A DNA stretch of 32,000 nt from an archaeon (GCA_024277355.1 JAJRVL010000011.1:60001-92000); one strand, 5' to 3'. Positions 18,123-27,484 are shown, counted from the stretch's first letter. Numbers and translations: made by a program. Notes: generated by a model not told the origin, from the sequence alone.

Positions 18123-20756
18123 TTACTTTTTTTCTTTTATTTTTGCCTGAGCTGCAGCTAATCTTGCAATTGGAACCCTAAAAGGCGAACAAGAAACATA
18201 ACTTAAACCTAAAGAATGACAGAATTCAATTGAAGCAGGATCTCCTCCGTGTTCCCCGCAGATTCCTAACTTAATATTTTCTTTTGCTTTTTTTGCATGA
18301 CCTACTGCAATTTCCATTAATTTTCCTACTCCTGAAATATCAACTGAAACAAAAGGAGAAACAGAAAAAATTTTTTCTTCAAAATATTTATTGAAAAATT
18401 TTCCTTCAACATCGTCTCTAGAAAAACCAAAAGTAGTCTGAGTTAAATCATTTGTTCCAAAAGAAAAAAAATCCGCATGCTCTGCAATTTCATCTGCAGT
18501 TAAAGCAGCTCTAGGTAATTCAATCATTGTCCCAATAGGAATATTATTTTCAGGAATTAAATCAGATAAAACTTTTTCTACTTTTTTTCTTGACAATTCA
18601 AGTTCTTTTGCTATTCCAACTAAAGGAATCATTATTTCAGGTTTAGGTGAAAGCCCTTTATTTTTCAAATTTAATGCAGCTTCAGCTATTGCTCTGGTTT
18701 GCATTTCAATTATTTCAGGATAAACTATTCCAATCCTGCATCCTCTAAAACCAAGCATTGGGTTAACTTCATGTAATTCTTTTATTTTAATTAATAAAGC
18801 TTTTTTTACTGCAATTTCTTCTAAAACGTCAGAGTTATTTAAATCTCTTTTTCTTTTTAATCGGTTTATTTCTCTTAATAATTTTTCTTTTGAAGGCAAA
18901 AATTCATGTAAAGGAGGATCAATTAAACGAATTGTAACAGGAAAGCCATCCATTGCCTCAAAAATTTCTTCAAAATCTTTTCTCTGCATTTTTTCTAATT
19001 CATCTAAATGTTTTTTTCTTTCATCAAAAGAAGAACTTAAAATCATTTTCTGAACAATAGGAAGTCTTTTAGCGTCAAAAAACATGTGTTCAGTTCTGCA
19101 TAAGCCGATTCCTTTAGCTCCTAATTCAACTGCTTTTTTTGCGTCTTTTGGAGTATCAGCATTAGTTCTTACTCCTAAAGTTTTAATTTCATCACTCCAT
19201 TCAAGAATAGTAGAAAAAAACTTATATGGTTCAGGTTCAATTAATTTAATTTCCCCTAAAAAAACTTTTCCTGTTGTACCGTCAATTGAAATAAAATCTC
19301 CTTGATTTAATTCAGTTCCCTCAACTTTAAGGGTTTTAGTTGAATAATCAATTTTTATTTCTTCGCATCCAACAACACAAGGTTTGCCCATTCCTCTTGC
19401 AACAACAGCAGCATGAGAAGTGTTTCCTCCTCTGCAAGTTAAAATTCCTTTTGATGCAATCATTCCATGAATATCTTCAGGAGAAGTTTCATGTCTGACT
19501 AAAATTACGTTTCCTTTTTCGCTTTCTTTTTCAGCTGTATTTGCATCAAAAAACATTCTCCCTGATGCAGCCCCGGGAGAAGCATTTAACCCTAAAGCAA
19601 TTTCATTTAATTTTTGTTTTGGGTCAATTCTTTTATGGAGCAGTTGATTTAAATCTAAAGGATTAATTCTCAGTAAAGCTTCTTGTTTTGAAATTAGTTT
19701 TTCTTCAACTAATTCAACTGCAATTCTAACTGCTGCCTGACCGGTTCTTTTTCCGTTTCTGGTCTGCAGTAAAAATAATTTTTTGTCTTCAATAGTAAAT
19801 TCAGTGTCCTGCATGTCTTTGTAGTGTTTTTCTAATTTTTCGCATACAGACTTAAATTCTTCAAAAACTTCAGGCATTACTTCATTTAATTCAGCAATTA
19901 TTCTTGGAGTACGGATTCCTGCAACAACATCCTCGCCTTGAGCATTTAACAAAAATTCTCCATATAATTTTTTTATTCCATTAGAAGGGTTTCTGGTAAA
20001 ACACACTCCTGTCCCTGAAGTTTCGCCTAAATTTCCAAAAACCATTTCCTGAATTACTACTCCAGTTCCCCATGAATCAGGAATTTTATTTAATTTACGA
20101 TAAGTTATTGCTCGTTTATTATTCCATGAATTAAATACAGCCTTAACCGCTAAAATTAATTGTTGTTTTGGTTCTTCAGGAAAAGTGTTTTTTGTTTCTT
20201 GTTCAACTAAATTTTTGTATTCTTTAATTATTTTTTTTAGTGATTCAGCAGTTAAATCACAGTCTTTTGTTGTTTCTGTATTTTGTTTTTCTTTTTCTAA
20301 GATTTCTTCAAATTTATCGTGTTCTAAATTTAATACAACATTAGAAAACATCTGAATAAATCTTCTGTAAGAATCTAATACAAATCTTTCATTTTTTGTT
20401 TTTTCAATCATTGATTTAATTGTTTTTTCATTTAATCCAAGATTTAATACTGTATCCATCATTCCAGGCATTGAGGTTCTTGCACCACTTCTAACTGAAA
20501 CTAATAAGGGGTTTTCTCCTGAAAACTGTTTTTTTGTTTGTTTTTCTAATTGCATTAAAGAGTCATTTAATTCTTGTTCTAATCCTTCAGGGAAATCATT
20601 TGAATCAAAAAAATTAATACAAGCTTGAGTTGAAATCACAAAACCTTTAGGGACAGGCAAACCTAATTTAGTCATTTCACATAAATTGCTTCCTTTTCCT
20701 CCTAAAAGGTTTTTCATTTCTTTGCTTCCTTCCTCAAAAAAATAAATATACTTCAA
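18123..20756 (-). CDS. ppdK: Pyruvate, phosphate dikinase
   Basis: 'GGKGSNLCEMTKLGLPVPKGFVIST', 'TRNPSNGIKKLYGEFLLNAQGEDVVAGIRTP', catalytic 'ILTCRGGNTSHAAVVARGMGKPCVVG' and 'ICGEHGGDPASIEF'. Confidence 0.97.
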   Translation of the reverse strand: MKYIYFFEEGSKEMKNLLGGKGSNLCEMTKLGLPVPKGFVISTQACINFFDSNDFPEGLEQELNDSLMQLEKQTKKQFSGENPLLVSVRSGARTSMPGMMDTVLNLGLNEKTIKSMIEKTKNERFVLDSYRRFIQMFSNVVLNLEHDKFEEILEKEKQNTETTKDCDLTAESLKKIIKEYKNLVEQETKNTFPEEPKQQLILAVKAVFNSWNNKRAITYRKLNKIPDSWGTGVVIQEMVFGNLGETSGTGVCFTRNPSNGIKKLYGEFLLNAQGEDVVAGIRTPRIIAELNEVMPEVFEEFKSVCEKLEKHYKDMQDTEFTIEDKKLFLLQTRNGKRTGQAAVRIAVELVEEKLISKQEALLRINPLDLNQLLHKRIDPKQKLNEIALGLNASPGAASGRMFFDANTAEKESEKGNVILVRHETSPEDIHGMIASKGILTCRGGNTSHAAVVARGMGKPCVVGCEEIKIDYSTKTLKVEGTELNQGDFISIDGTTGKVFLGEIKLIEPEPYKFFSTILEWSDEIKTLGVRTNADTPKDAKKAVELGAKGIGLCRTEHMFFDAKRLPIVQKMILSSSFDERKKHLDELEKMQRKDFEEIFEAMDGFPVTIRLIDPPLHEFLPSKEKLLREINRLKRKRDLNNSDVLEEIAVKKALLIKIKELHEVNPMLGFRGCRIGIVYPEIIEMQTRAIAEAALNLKNKGLSPKPEIMIPLVGIAKELELSRKKVEKVLSDLIPENNIPIGTMIELPRAALTADEIAEHADFFSFGTNDLTQTTFGFSRDDVEGKFFNKYFEEKIFSVSPFVSVDISGVGKLMEIAVGHAKKAKENIKLGICGEHGGDPASIEFCHSLGLSYVSCSPFRVPIARLAAAQAKIKEKK

Positions 20757-20897
20757 TTCAAATCCCCCTTAAACAAAATCATGTAAAACTTCATAAAAAG
20801 TATGAAAACTTAGATAAAGAAAGCTTTTAAACCAAATGTTTAACTAAAAAAAGCAATTCATTTAAACTATTAAGAACTGAATATTACAGGAGATTAA

Positions 20898-22043
20898 ATG
20901 AAAAAAATAAGTATTTTAGGTTCAACCGGAAGCATCGGAACACAGACTTTAGATGTAGTAAGACAGCATTCTGATGAATTCAAAGTTTTAGGGTTAGCTG
21001 CGTTTAATGAAATAGACAAAATAATTGAACAAATTAATGAATTTAAGCCGGAAAAAGTCTGTTTGTTTGATGAAAAATCAGCTGAAGAGTTAGCAAAAAA
21101 AACTGATGTTGAAGTTGTTTCAGGGATGCAGGGATTAAAAGAAATTGCAGTAATAGAAGAAATTGAGCAGACAATTGTTTCAGTTGTAGGTGCAATAGGA
21201 ATTGAGCCGACAATGCATGCAATAAAAAAAGGAAAAAATATTGCTTTAGCAAATAAAGAAACTTTAGTTTCAGCAGGACAGCCAATAATGAAAGAAGTCA
21301 AAAAACAAGGAATTGTATTAATGCCAATTGATTCAGAGCATTCAGCTATATTTCAATGTTTGAATGGAGAGGAAAGAAAAAAAGTTTCAAAAGTTTTAAT
21401 TACTTGTTCTGGCGGGCCGTTTAGAGGGAAAAAAATTTCTGATTTTTATAATGCAACTCCTGAACAGGCTTTAGGACATCCAACATGGAGTATGGGTTCA
21501 AAAATTACAATTGATTCTTCAACTTTAATGAATAAAGGCCTGGAAGTATTGGAAGCAAAATGGCTGTATGATTTAGAATTAGAAGAAATTGAAGTAGTAA
21601 TTCATCCTCAAAGTTTAATTCATTCAATGGTTGAATTTACTGACGGGAGTATTATGGCTCAAATTGGAACACACGATATGCGTACTCCCATCCAATATGC
21701 TTTAACTTATCCAAAAAGATTAACAAATGAATTTCCAAGATTAAATTTATTTGAAAACAATAATTTAACTTTTGAAAAACCTGATTACAAAAATTTTCCG
21801 TGTTTAGGTTTTGCTTTTGAAGCAGGAAAACAAAAAGGAACTTTAGCTTCAGCAATGAATGCAGCAAATGAAATTGCTGTCTGGAGTTTTTTAGATAAAA
21901 AAATCAAGTACTGAGAAATCCCGGAAATAATTAAACAAGTAATGGATTTACATAAAAATACTTTAAATCCTTCTTTAGAGGATTCACTTGAAGCAGATAA
22001 AAAAGCAAGAGAAACAGCAAAAAAAATAATAGAAGAAAAATGA
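20898..22043 (+). CDS. dxr: 1-deoxy-D-xylulose 5-phosphate reductoisomerase, interrupted by an in-frame TGA
   Basis: 'ILGSTGSIGTQTLDVV', 'ANKETLVSAGQPIM', 'PIDSEHSAIFQCL', 'HPTWSMGSKITIDSSTLMNKGLEVLEAKWLY' and 'HDMRTPIQYALTYPKRL'. TGA at 21912-21914, then same-frame EIPEIIKQVMDLHKNTLNPSLEDSLEADKKARETAKKIIEEK* ending 22043. Confidence 0.92.
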
Positions 22044-22152
22044 GAAAAAATGAAAAAACAGCAGAGTATTCAGTTATTCAGTAATTGATAATTTAATAAA
22101 CAAAACAAAAAGAAATTTAAGCATTAAAAGAGTTTAATTACAAAGTGATGAA

Positions 22153-22842
22153 ATGAATTATGCAGTAATTTGTGCCGGCGGAAAAGGAATAAGAATGGAC
22201 GCCGGAAAAAACAAAGTGTTCTTAAAAATTAAAGGCAAAGAAATAATTGCAAAAACTATTTTAGTGTTTGAAAAAGCAAAAGAAATAAACGGAATAATTA
22301 TTTCAATTGGAAAGAATGACATAAAAGAAATACAGGAAATAATTGAAAAAGAAAAATTTGAAAAAATTAAAGCAGTAATTGAAGGTGGAAAAGAAAGACA
22401 GGATTCCGTTTATAATGGAATAAAAAAATTACAGGAATTTGCAGAAAAAGATGACGTGATTTTAATTCATAATGCAGCAAACCCTTTTGTAAAAGAAGAA
22501 ACAATAAACAACTGCATTAAAGCAGCAAAAGAATTTGGAGCAAGTGTTGCAGCACAAAAAGTAAAAGACACAATAAAAAAAGTTGATGAAGATTTATTAG
22601 TTAAAAAAACATTAAACCGAAAAGAATTATGGCAAATGCAGACTCCGCAGGCAATAATTAACCACATTGCATTAAAAGCATTTGAAAAAGCTTATTCAGA
22701 AAACTTTTATGGAACAGATGACGTTCAGTTAGTTGAAAGAATTCATGGAAAAATAAAAATAGTTGAATGTTCATATAAAAACATTAAAATTACAACAAAA
22801 GAAGATATAGAATTAGCAGAAAGAATTTTAGATGAAAACTGA
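22153..22842 (+). CDS. ispD: 2-C-methyl-D-erythritol 4-phosphate cytidylyltransferase
   Basis: 'VICAGGKGIRMDAGKNKVFLKIKGKEII', 'GGKERQDSVYNGI', 'VILIHNAANPFV' and 'ELWQMQTPQA'. Confidence 0.9.
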   Translation: MNYAVICAGGKGIRMDAGKNKVFLKIKGKEIIAKTILVFEKAKEINGIIISIGKNDIKEIQEIIEKEKFEKIKAVIEGGKERQDSVYNGIKKLQEFAEKDDVILIHNAANPFVKEETINNCIKAAKEFGASVAAQKVKDTIKKVDEDLLVKKTLNRKELWQMQTPQAIINHIALKAFEKAYSENFYGTDDVQLVERIHGKIKIVECSYKNIKITTKEDIELAERILDEN

Positions 22843-22857
22843 TTAAAATGAAAAAAA

Positions 22858-23709
22858 TTGTCAGGAAATTGTTTAAAAGAAAAAAAAACCCCTAAAAAAA
22901 TAAATATTCCCAGAAGAAAGTTTCTCAAAACCATAACTATCGGAACTACATCAATATCTTTAGCTTATCTTTTGAGCTGTTTTCCAATTAAGCTATCTAA
23001 ACTGCCTATAGAAAAAACCCATCAAACTACATTACTTGGAATGATTCATTTTACAGACATGAAATCAAGCAAACAAGAAATTATTAATAAAACAAAAACC
23101 AATAAAAATACTTTAAAAAGCTACAATAAAGCACTTGAAGCCATTAAAAGACTGCCTGCTGGTTCAAGAATATTAATTGAAGATGCTACTCCTTTTTCAG
23201 TTAACGGAAAAAAGTATTACAGTATTTTTTCTGTTTTATCTGAAAAAGCAAGAGCAAAAGGATTAATAGTTGAAAATTATCTTCCAAGAAAAGCAATATT
23301 CAGGAGAATTGACGCATACAGTTATTTGATTGAAACATTTTATAAAAATAAAAATCCAGAAATAATTAAAGCAAGAAAAAAAGAACTAGCTAAAAAATAC
23401 AATCTTAGTTCAATAAAAAACATTAATTCTGTTGAAGAAGCAAGCACAAAATTATATCAATATTTTGAACATATGACAAATTTTTTAATTAAATCTTACA
23501 GAAAAAAACCAGCATTAATTATTGCAGGAGATTTACATGTTGCTGCATCAAAAAAATGGCTGAAAAATGCTGAAGATATAACTCCTAAAAACACCAGAAA
23601 ATACACTGAAAAAATCATGGCAAATTCAAAACAAGAATTTAAAGAACTAGTTGAATTATTTGAAAAACACAGAGAAAAAATGGTTAAAAAATTAAAAGTT
23701 AACGGATGA
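22858..23709 (+). CDS. Hypothetical exported/lipoprotein-like protein with a twin-arginine signal
   Basis: 'PRRKFLKTITIGTTSISLAYLLSCFP' gives a Tat motif, hydrophobic core and lipobox-like LLSC. The N-terminus is uncertain; see finding. Confidence 0.7.
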   Translation: MSGNCLKEKKTPKKINIPRRKFLKTITIGTTSISLAYLLSCFPIKLSKLPIEKTHQTTLLGMIHFTDMKSSKQEIINKTKTNKNTLKSYNKALEAIKRLPAGSRILIEDATPFSVNGKKYYSIFSVLSEKARAKGLIVENYLPRKAIFRRIDAYSYLIETFYKNKNPEIIKARKKELAKKYNLSSIKNINSVEEASTKLYQYFEHMTNFLIKSYRKKPALIIAGDLHVAASKKWLKNAEDITPKNTRKYTEKIMANSKQEFKELVELFEKHREKMVKKLKVNG

Positions 23710-23751
23710 ATTAATAGTTAGATAAAAAAAAAAGCAACAATATAAAAAGGA

Positions 23752-23768
23752 TTTTATACATAATTTTA
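23752..23768 (+). promoter_or_regulatory. TATA-like element upstream of ispF
   Basis: TTTTATACATAATTTTA, beginning about 26 nt before ATG 23778. Confidence 0.45.
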
Positions 23769-23777
23769 GTGAGAGTT

Positions 23778-24299
23778 ATGCCATTTAGAGTAGGATTAGG
23801 ACAAGATTCCCATAGGTTTTCTCACGTGCATGAAAAAAGACCTTTGATTTTAGGCGGAATAGAAATTAAAGATTGTTTGGGTTTAAAGGGAAATTCAGAT
23901 GCAGATGTAATACTTCATGCATTATTTAATTCTCTTGCACAATTAATTGGCTGGAAAAGTTTAGGAAGCCATGCAGACAAAATGGTTAAAGAACAAGGAA
24001 TAACTGATTCAAAAGAATACTTAAAAGAACCATTAAAAAAACTAAAAGAAATGAATTATGAAATTACAACTGTAAGCATCACACTTGAATGCAAAAAACC
24101 AAAAATTGATCCGGTATCAAATGAAATAAGAACAAGTGTTGCAAAAATTCTTGGAATAAAAAAAGAACAAGTAGGAATAATTGCAACAACAGGAGAAAGA
24201 TTAACTGCTTTTGGAAGAGGGGAAGGAATACAAGCATTTACAGTGATAACAGCAATACATAAAGACATCAAAAAATTTACAGGAAAAAAAAATAAATAA
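23778..24299 (+). CDS. ispF: 2-C-methyl-D-erythritol 2,4-cyclodiphosphate synthase, divergent
   Basis: 'RVGLGQDSHRF', 'LILGGIEI', 'GNSDADVILHALFNSL', 'PKIDPVSNEIRTSVAKILG' and 'ATTGERLTAFGRGEGIQAFTVI'. Confidence 0.9.
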   Translation: MPFRVGLGQDSHRFSHVHEKRPLILGGIEIKDCLGLKGNSDADVILHALFNSLAQLIGWKSLGSHADKMVKEQGITDSKEYLKEPLKKLKEMNYEITTVSITLECKKPKIDPVSNEIRTSVAKILGIKKEQVGIIATTGERLTAFGRGEGIQAFTVITAIHKDIKKFTGKKNK

Positions 24300-24392
24300 A
24301 TAAATTCGTTCTTTGACGTAATATGCTTGTTAAATCAACGTAAGGTTTAAATAGTTTGAGCTATAATATTGGTATTTCGGGAAAAGATTTTT

Positions 24393-26192
24393 ATGGATAA
24401 AAATGAATTAAATTTTGGAAAATTACTGGAAAAAATTGATTCTCCAGCAGACTTAAAAAAACTAAAAGTTGAAGAATTAGAAGAATTGTCTAAAGAAGTA
24501 AGAGAAGTTTTAATTAAAACCTGTTCAGCTAACGGAGGACATATTGGGGCAAATTTAGGAGTAGTTGAATTAAGCATTGCATTGCATTATGTTTTTAATT
24601 CTCCTCAAGACAAATTTTTGTTTGATACAAGCCATCAAAGTTATACTCACAAATTATTGACTGGAAGGAAAAAAGATTTCCATACAATCTGCACTCCAAA
24701 AGGAATTCCAAGATTTACAGTAAGAAATGAAACTCCATTTGATAACTGGAGTGCAGGCCATGCTTCAACTGCATTAAGCGGAGCAATGGGAATGGCTGAA
24801 GCAAGAAAAACAAACAAACAAGAATATGAAGTAGTAGCAGTAACAGGCGACGGAGCATTAACCGGCGGAATGTGTTATGAAGCACTAAATAATATCGGGT
24901 ATAACCAGACAGATGTAATTTTAATTTTAAATGACAACAAAATGAGCATTTCTCCTAATGTAGGTGCAATGTATAAACATTTGAAAAAGCTGTCAATGTT
25001 TGCAGACGAAAAAATTCCACGAAGAGAAGTAGGAACAATATTTGAAAAATTAGGAATTCAATATTACGGGCCGGTTGACGGCCATAACGTAAAAAAATTA
25101 GTTGAAGAATTAGAAAATTTAAAAGACTTAAAAGGACCAAAATTGCTTCATGTATTAACCATTAAAGGAAAAGGAATGGAATACATGGAAAACGATAAAG
25201 CAACATGGCATGAGCACCCTGCATTTGATGTTGAAACCGGCCAGCCAATAAAAAAAGGACCTGCAAAAATAGAAAAAATTGCAGTTCAGGCTTTAATGGA
25301 ATTAGCAGAACAAGATAAATCAATTGTGGGAATTACAGCAGCAATGCCTGCAGGAACCGCTTTAATTGAATTCAGCAAAAAATTCCCTGACAGATTTTAT
25401 GATGTAGGAATAGCAGAAGAACACGCAGTTACTTTTGCAGCAGGATTAGCTGCAGAAAAAACAAAACCTTTTGTAGTAATTTACAGTCCTTTTTTGCAGA
25501 GAGCTTTTGATCAGGTAGCACATGATGTTGCATTACAGGATTTGCCGGTAAAATTATTGGTTCCAAAAGCAGCAATAACCGGAGACGGCCCAACACAAGG
25601 AGGAATCCTTGACTTCAGTTATCTGAGAATTATTCCAAACTTAATTGTAATGGCGCCAAAAGATGAAAACGAATTAAGACATATGATTAAAACCGCACAA
25701 GAATACAATAAAGGACCAATTAGTGTCAGATACCCAAAAGGAAATGCTTTAGGAGTAGAATTAGATAAAGAAATGAAATCAATTGAAATAGGAAAAGCTG
25801 AAATGATTAAAGAAGGAAAAGACATTTCTTTGATTAGTATTGGATTTATGTTAAAAGAAACAGTTGAAGCTGCTGAGATTTTAAAGAAAGAAGGGATTGA
25901 TGCTGAAGTAATTAATTCAAGGTTTGTTAAACCATTAGATAGAAAAATGATTTCTGAAAGCCTGAAAAAAACAGGAAAAGGAATCACAATAGAAGAAAAT
26001 ATTCTTCCCGGAGGGTTTGGTTCAGCTGTCTTGGAAATGCTTGAAGCTAAAGGACTAAATGAAGTTGTATTGCAGAGAATAGGCGCACCAGACGAATATA
26101 TTGGTTATGACAGTCCAAATGAAATCAAAAAACAGTTTGGAATGGATGCAGAAAGCATAGTAAAAAAAGTTAAAAAAATGCTTGGAAAATAA
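24393..26192 (+). CDS. dxs: 1-deoxy-D-xylulose-5-phosphate synthase
   Basis: 'GGHIGANLGVVELSIALHYVF', 'GHASTALSGAMGMAEA', 'TGDGALTGGMCYEALNN', 'DVGIAEEHAVTFAAGLA' and 'ILPGGFGSAVLEML'. ATG 24393; the tracked start is TTG 24369. Confidence 0.97.
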   Translation: MDKNELNFGKLLEKIDSPADLKKLKVEELEELSKEVREVLIKTCSANGGHIGANLGVVELSIALHYVFNSPQDKFLFDTSHQSYTHKLLTGRKKDFHTICTPKGIPRFTVRNETPFDNWSAGHASTALSGAMGMAEARKTNKQEYEVVAVTGDGALTGGMCYEALNNIGYNQTDVILILNDNKMSISPNVGAMYKHLKKLSMFADEKIPRREVGTIFEKLGIQYYGPVDGHNVKKLVEELENLKDLKGPKLLHVLTIKGKGMEYMENDKATWHEHPAFDVETGQPIKKGPAKIEKIAVQALMELAEQDKSIVGITAAMPAGTALIEFSKKFPDRFYDVGIAEEHAVTFAAGLAAEKTKPFVVIYSPFLQRAFDQVAHDVALQDLPVKLLVPKAAITGDGPTQGGILDFSYLRIIPNLIVMAPKDENELRHMIKTAQEYNKGPISVRYPKGNALGVELDKEMKSIEIGKAEMIKEGKDISLISIGFMLKETVEAAEILKKEGIDAEVINSRFVKPLDRKMISESLKKTGKGITIEENILPGGFGSAVLEMLEAKGLNEVVLQRIGAPDEYIGYDSPNEIKKQFGMDAESIVKKVKKMLGK

Positions 26193-26311
26193 TTACAAAA
26201 AGAATAACAGCTAATTATAAAAGAATAAAAATAATAGAAATAAAAAATTAAGGAAAAAAATAAAACTAATAAATTACTAATTAATCAAAAACTAATTAAA
26301 AAAAAGAAAAG

Positions 26312-26331
26312 TTGATTGCTAAAGCAATCAA
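26312..26331 (-). terminator. Hairpin followed by a T-rich tract on the minus strand
   Basis: TTGATTGCTAAAGCAATCAA (8-9 bp stem). On the minus strand it is followed by CTTTTCTTTTTTT and overlaps the stop codon of the small exported protein gene. Confidence 0.5.
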
Positions 26332-26579
26332 ACACCAATTTTTAATTTTGAAGGCTGAATAATAAAACCCCAATCAGCTACTGTAAATTTTAATGGAGAA
26401 CCGCCATCTCCGCCACCCATCAAAATTACAGGAACAGAATTGCTTTCTTCGTCATCTTTAGGAACAGATGTTACTCCATCTTCAATTTCATCCCCAACAA
26501 CACCAATTTGATTCCACACTGCAGAAGTAAACCCTGCAAAAGCAATTAACAAAACTGCTAAAATTAATAATTTTTTCAT
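26328..26579 (-). CDS. Small exported protein
   Basis: Signal peptide 'MKKLLILAVLLIAFAGFTSA' and a short mature chain. Confidence 0.55.
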   Translation of the reverse strand: MKKLLILAVLLIAFAGFTSAVWNQIGVVGDEIEDGVTSVPKDDEESNSVPVILMGGGDGGSPLKFTVADWGFIIQPSKLKIGV

Positions 26580-26644
26580 TTAATAAAACCTCCAAATAAA
26601 CAAAACAATTAGTATATGTGTGTTTTACTTTAAAAAGTTTTAGT

Positions 26645-27484
26645 TTACAAAAAATCCCTTGATTTTTTCCATTCAATTTCAGCTTTCTCACAAAAAGAAA
26701 TAATTTTTTGTTTTTGTTCTGAAACTAAACCTTTCCAGTCAAACAAAACAAAATCAACTTTTTCAGAAGTCTGTTTAATCATTTGTTCAAATAAAACAAA
26801 ATCAACTTCATTAACATAATATTTAGATAAAATATGAGAAACCGCAATATCTGTTCTGGCCATTACTTTAGAAAAAGAAGGACAATAATGGGTTCCGCCT
26901 ACTCCAATTGCTGTCTTGAAATTTGAATTAAAATTAAAAAAAGAATCCATAATAGAAAAAGCAATTATTTTTCCTGCCTGCTTATTTTTCCATTCGGTTT
27001 CATTGCTTCCAATTTCAATAAAAACTGCAGGTTTAGACAAAAAAGGGCCGTGATGAGTTTGCTCCATTAAAACAGGCCAGTCAAAATTTTCTTTTTTTGT
27101 TTGTTCAAGTAAATTCAAAAAAAAGTTTTTCATTACTAAAGAAGAAACTGAAACTAAAGTTTTTTCTTTTCCGCCTAAATCAGCTTTACTAAAATTTCCT
27201 ATTGGGTGAACAGAAAAAGTTTTTTGTCCTGATTCACTTGAATGCTTTGAAGCAAAAATAAACAAATCAGTTTCTAATTCATCTAAAAAATCTGCGGTAA
27301 CTTGTTTTTCATTAATTAAAATTAAATCAAAAATTTGTTTTTCATTAGAAAAAGAATAAATTGAATTTGAATTAAATTGTTTTTCTGTTTTCTTAAAATC
27401 AAAGCATTCAATTAAATTAGAATAAATGTTTAATCCTGCTAAATCTGTTTTAGAAACAATAATTGAAATTTTATTAAAGTTCAT
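26645..27484 (-). CDS. dtdA: D-aminoacyl-tRNA deacylase, archaeal type
   Basis: 'DLFIFASKHSSESGQKTFSVHPIGNF', 'MEQTHHGPFLSKPAVFIEIGSNETEW' and 'AIGVGGTHYCPSFSKV'. Confidence 0.92.
   Translation of the reverse strand: MNFNKISIIVSKTDLAGLNIYSNLIECFDFKKTEKQFNSNSIYSFSNEKQIFDLILINEKQVTADFLDELETDLFIFASKHSSESGQKTFSVHPIGNFSKADLGGKEKTLVSVSSLVMKNFFLNLLEQTKKENFDWPVLMEQTHHGPFLSKPAVFIEIGSNETEWKNKQAGKIIAFSIMDSFFNFNSNFKTAIGVGGTHYCPSFSKVMARTDIAVSHILSKYYVNEVDFVLFEQMIKQTSEKVDFVLFDWKGLVSEQKQKIISFCEKAEIEWKKSRDFL

Noticed and set aside
20894-21301. 135-aa minus-strand ORF inside dxr
   Set aside because: Fully antisense to a strongly conserved DXR coding region; Ser/Ile-rich composition typical of shadow ORFs.
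21912-21914. Genome-wide TGA recoding or selenocysteine as explanation for the dxr TGA
   Set aside because: Other genes (e.g. the DHH protein and dxr's own terminal codon) end in TGA and Trp is encoded by TGG normally; DXR has no known Sec position here and I saw no convincing SECIS-like structure.
25619-25987. 122-aa minus-strand ORF inside dxs
   Set aside because: Antisense shadow of unambiguous DXS coding sequence, with no recognisable motif.
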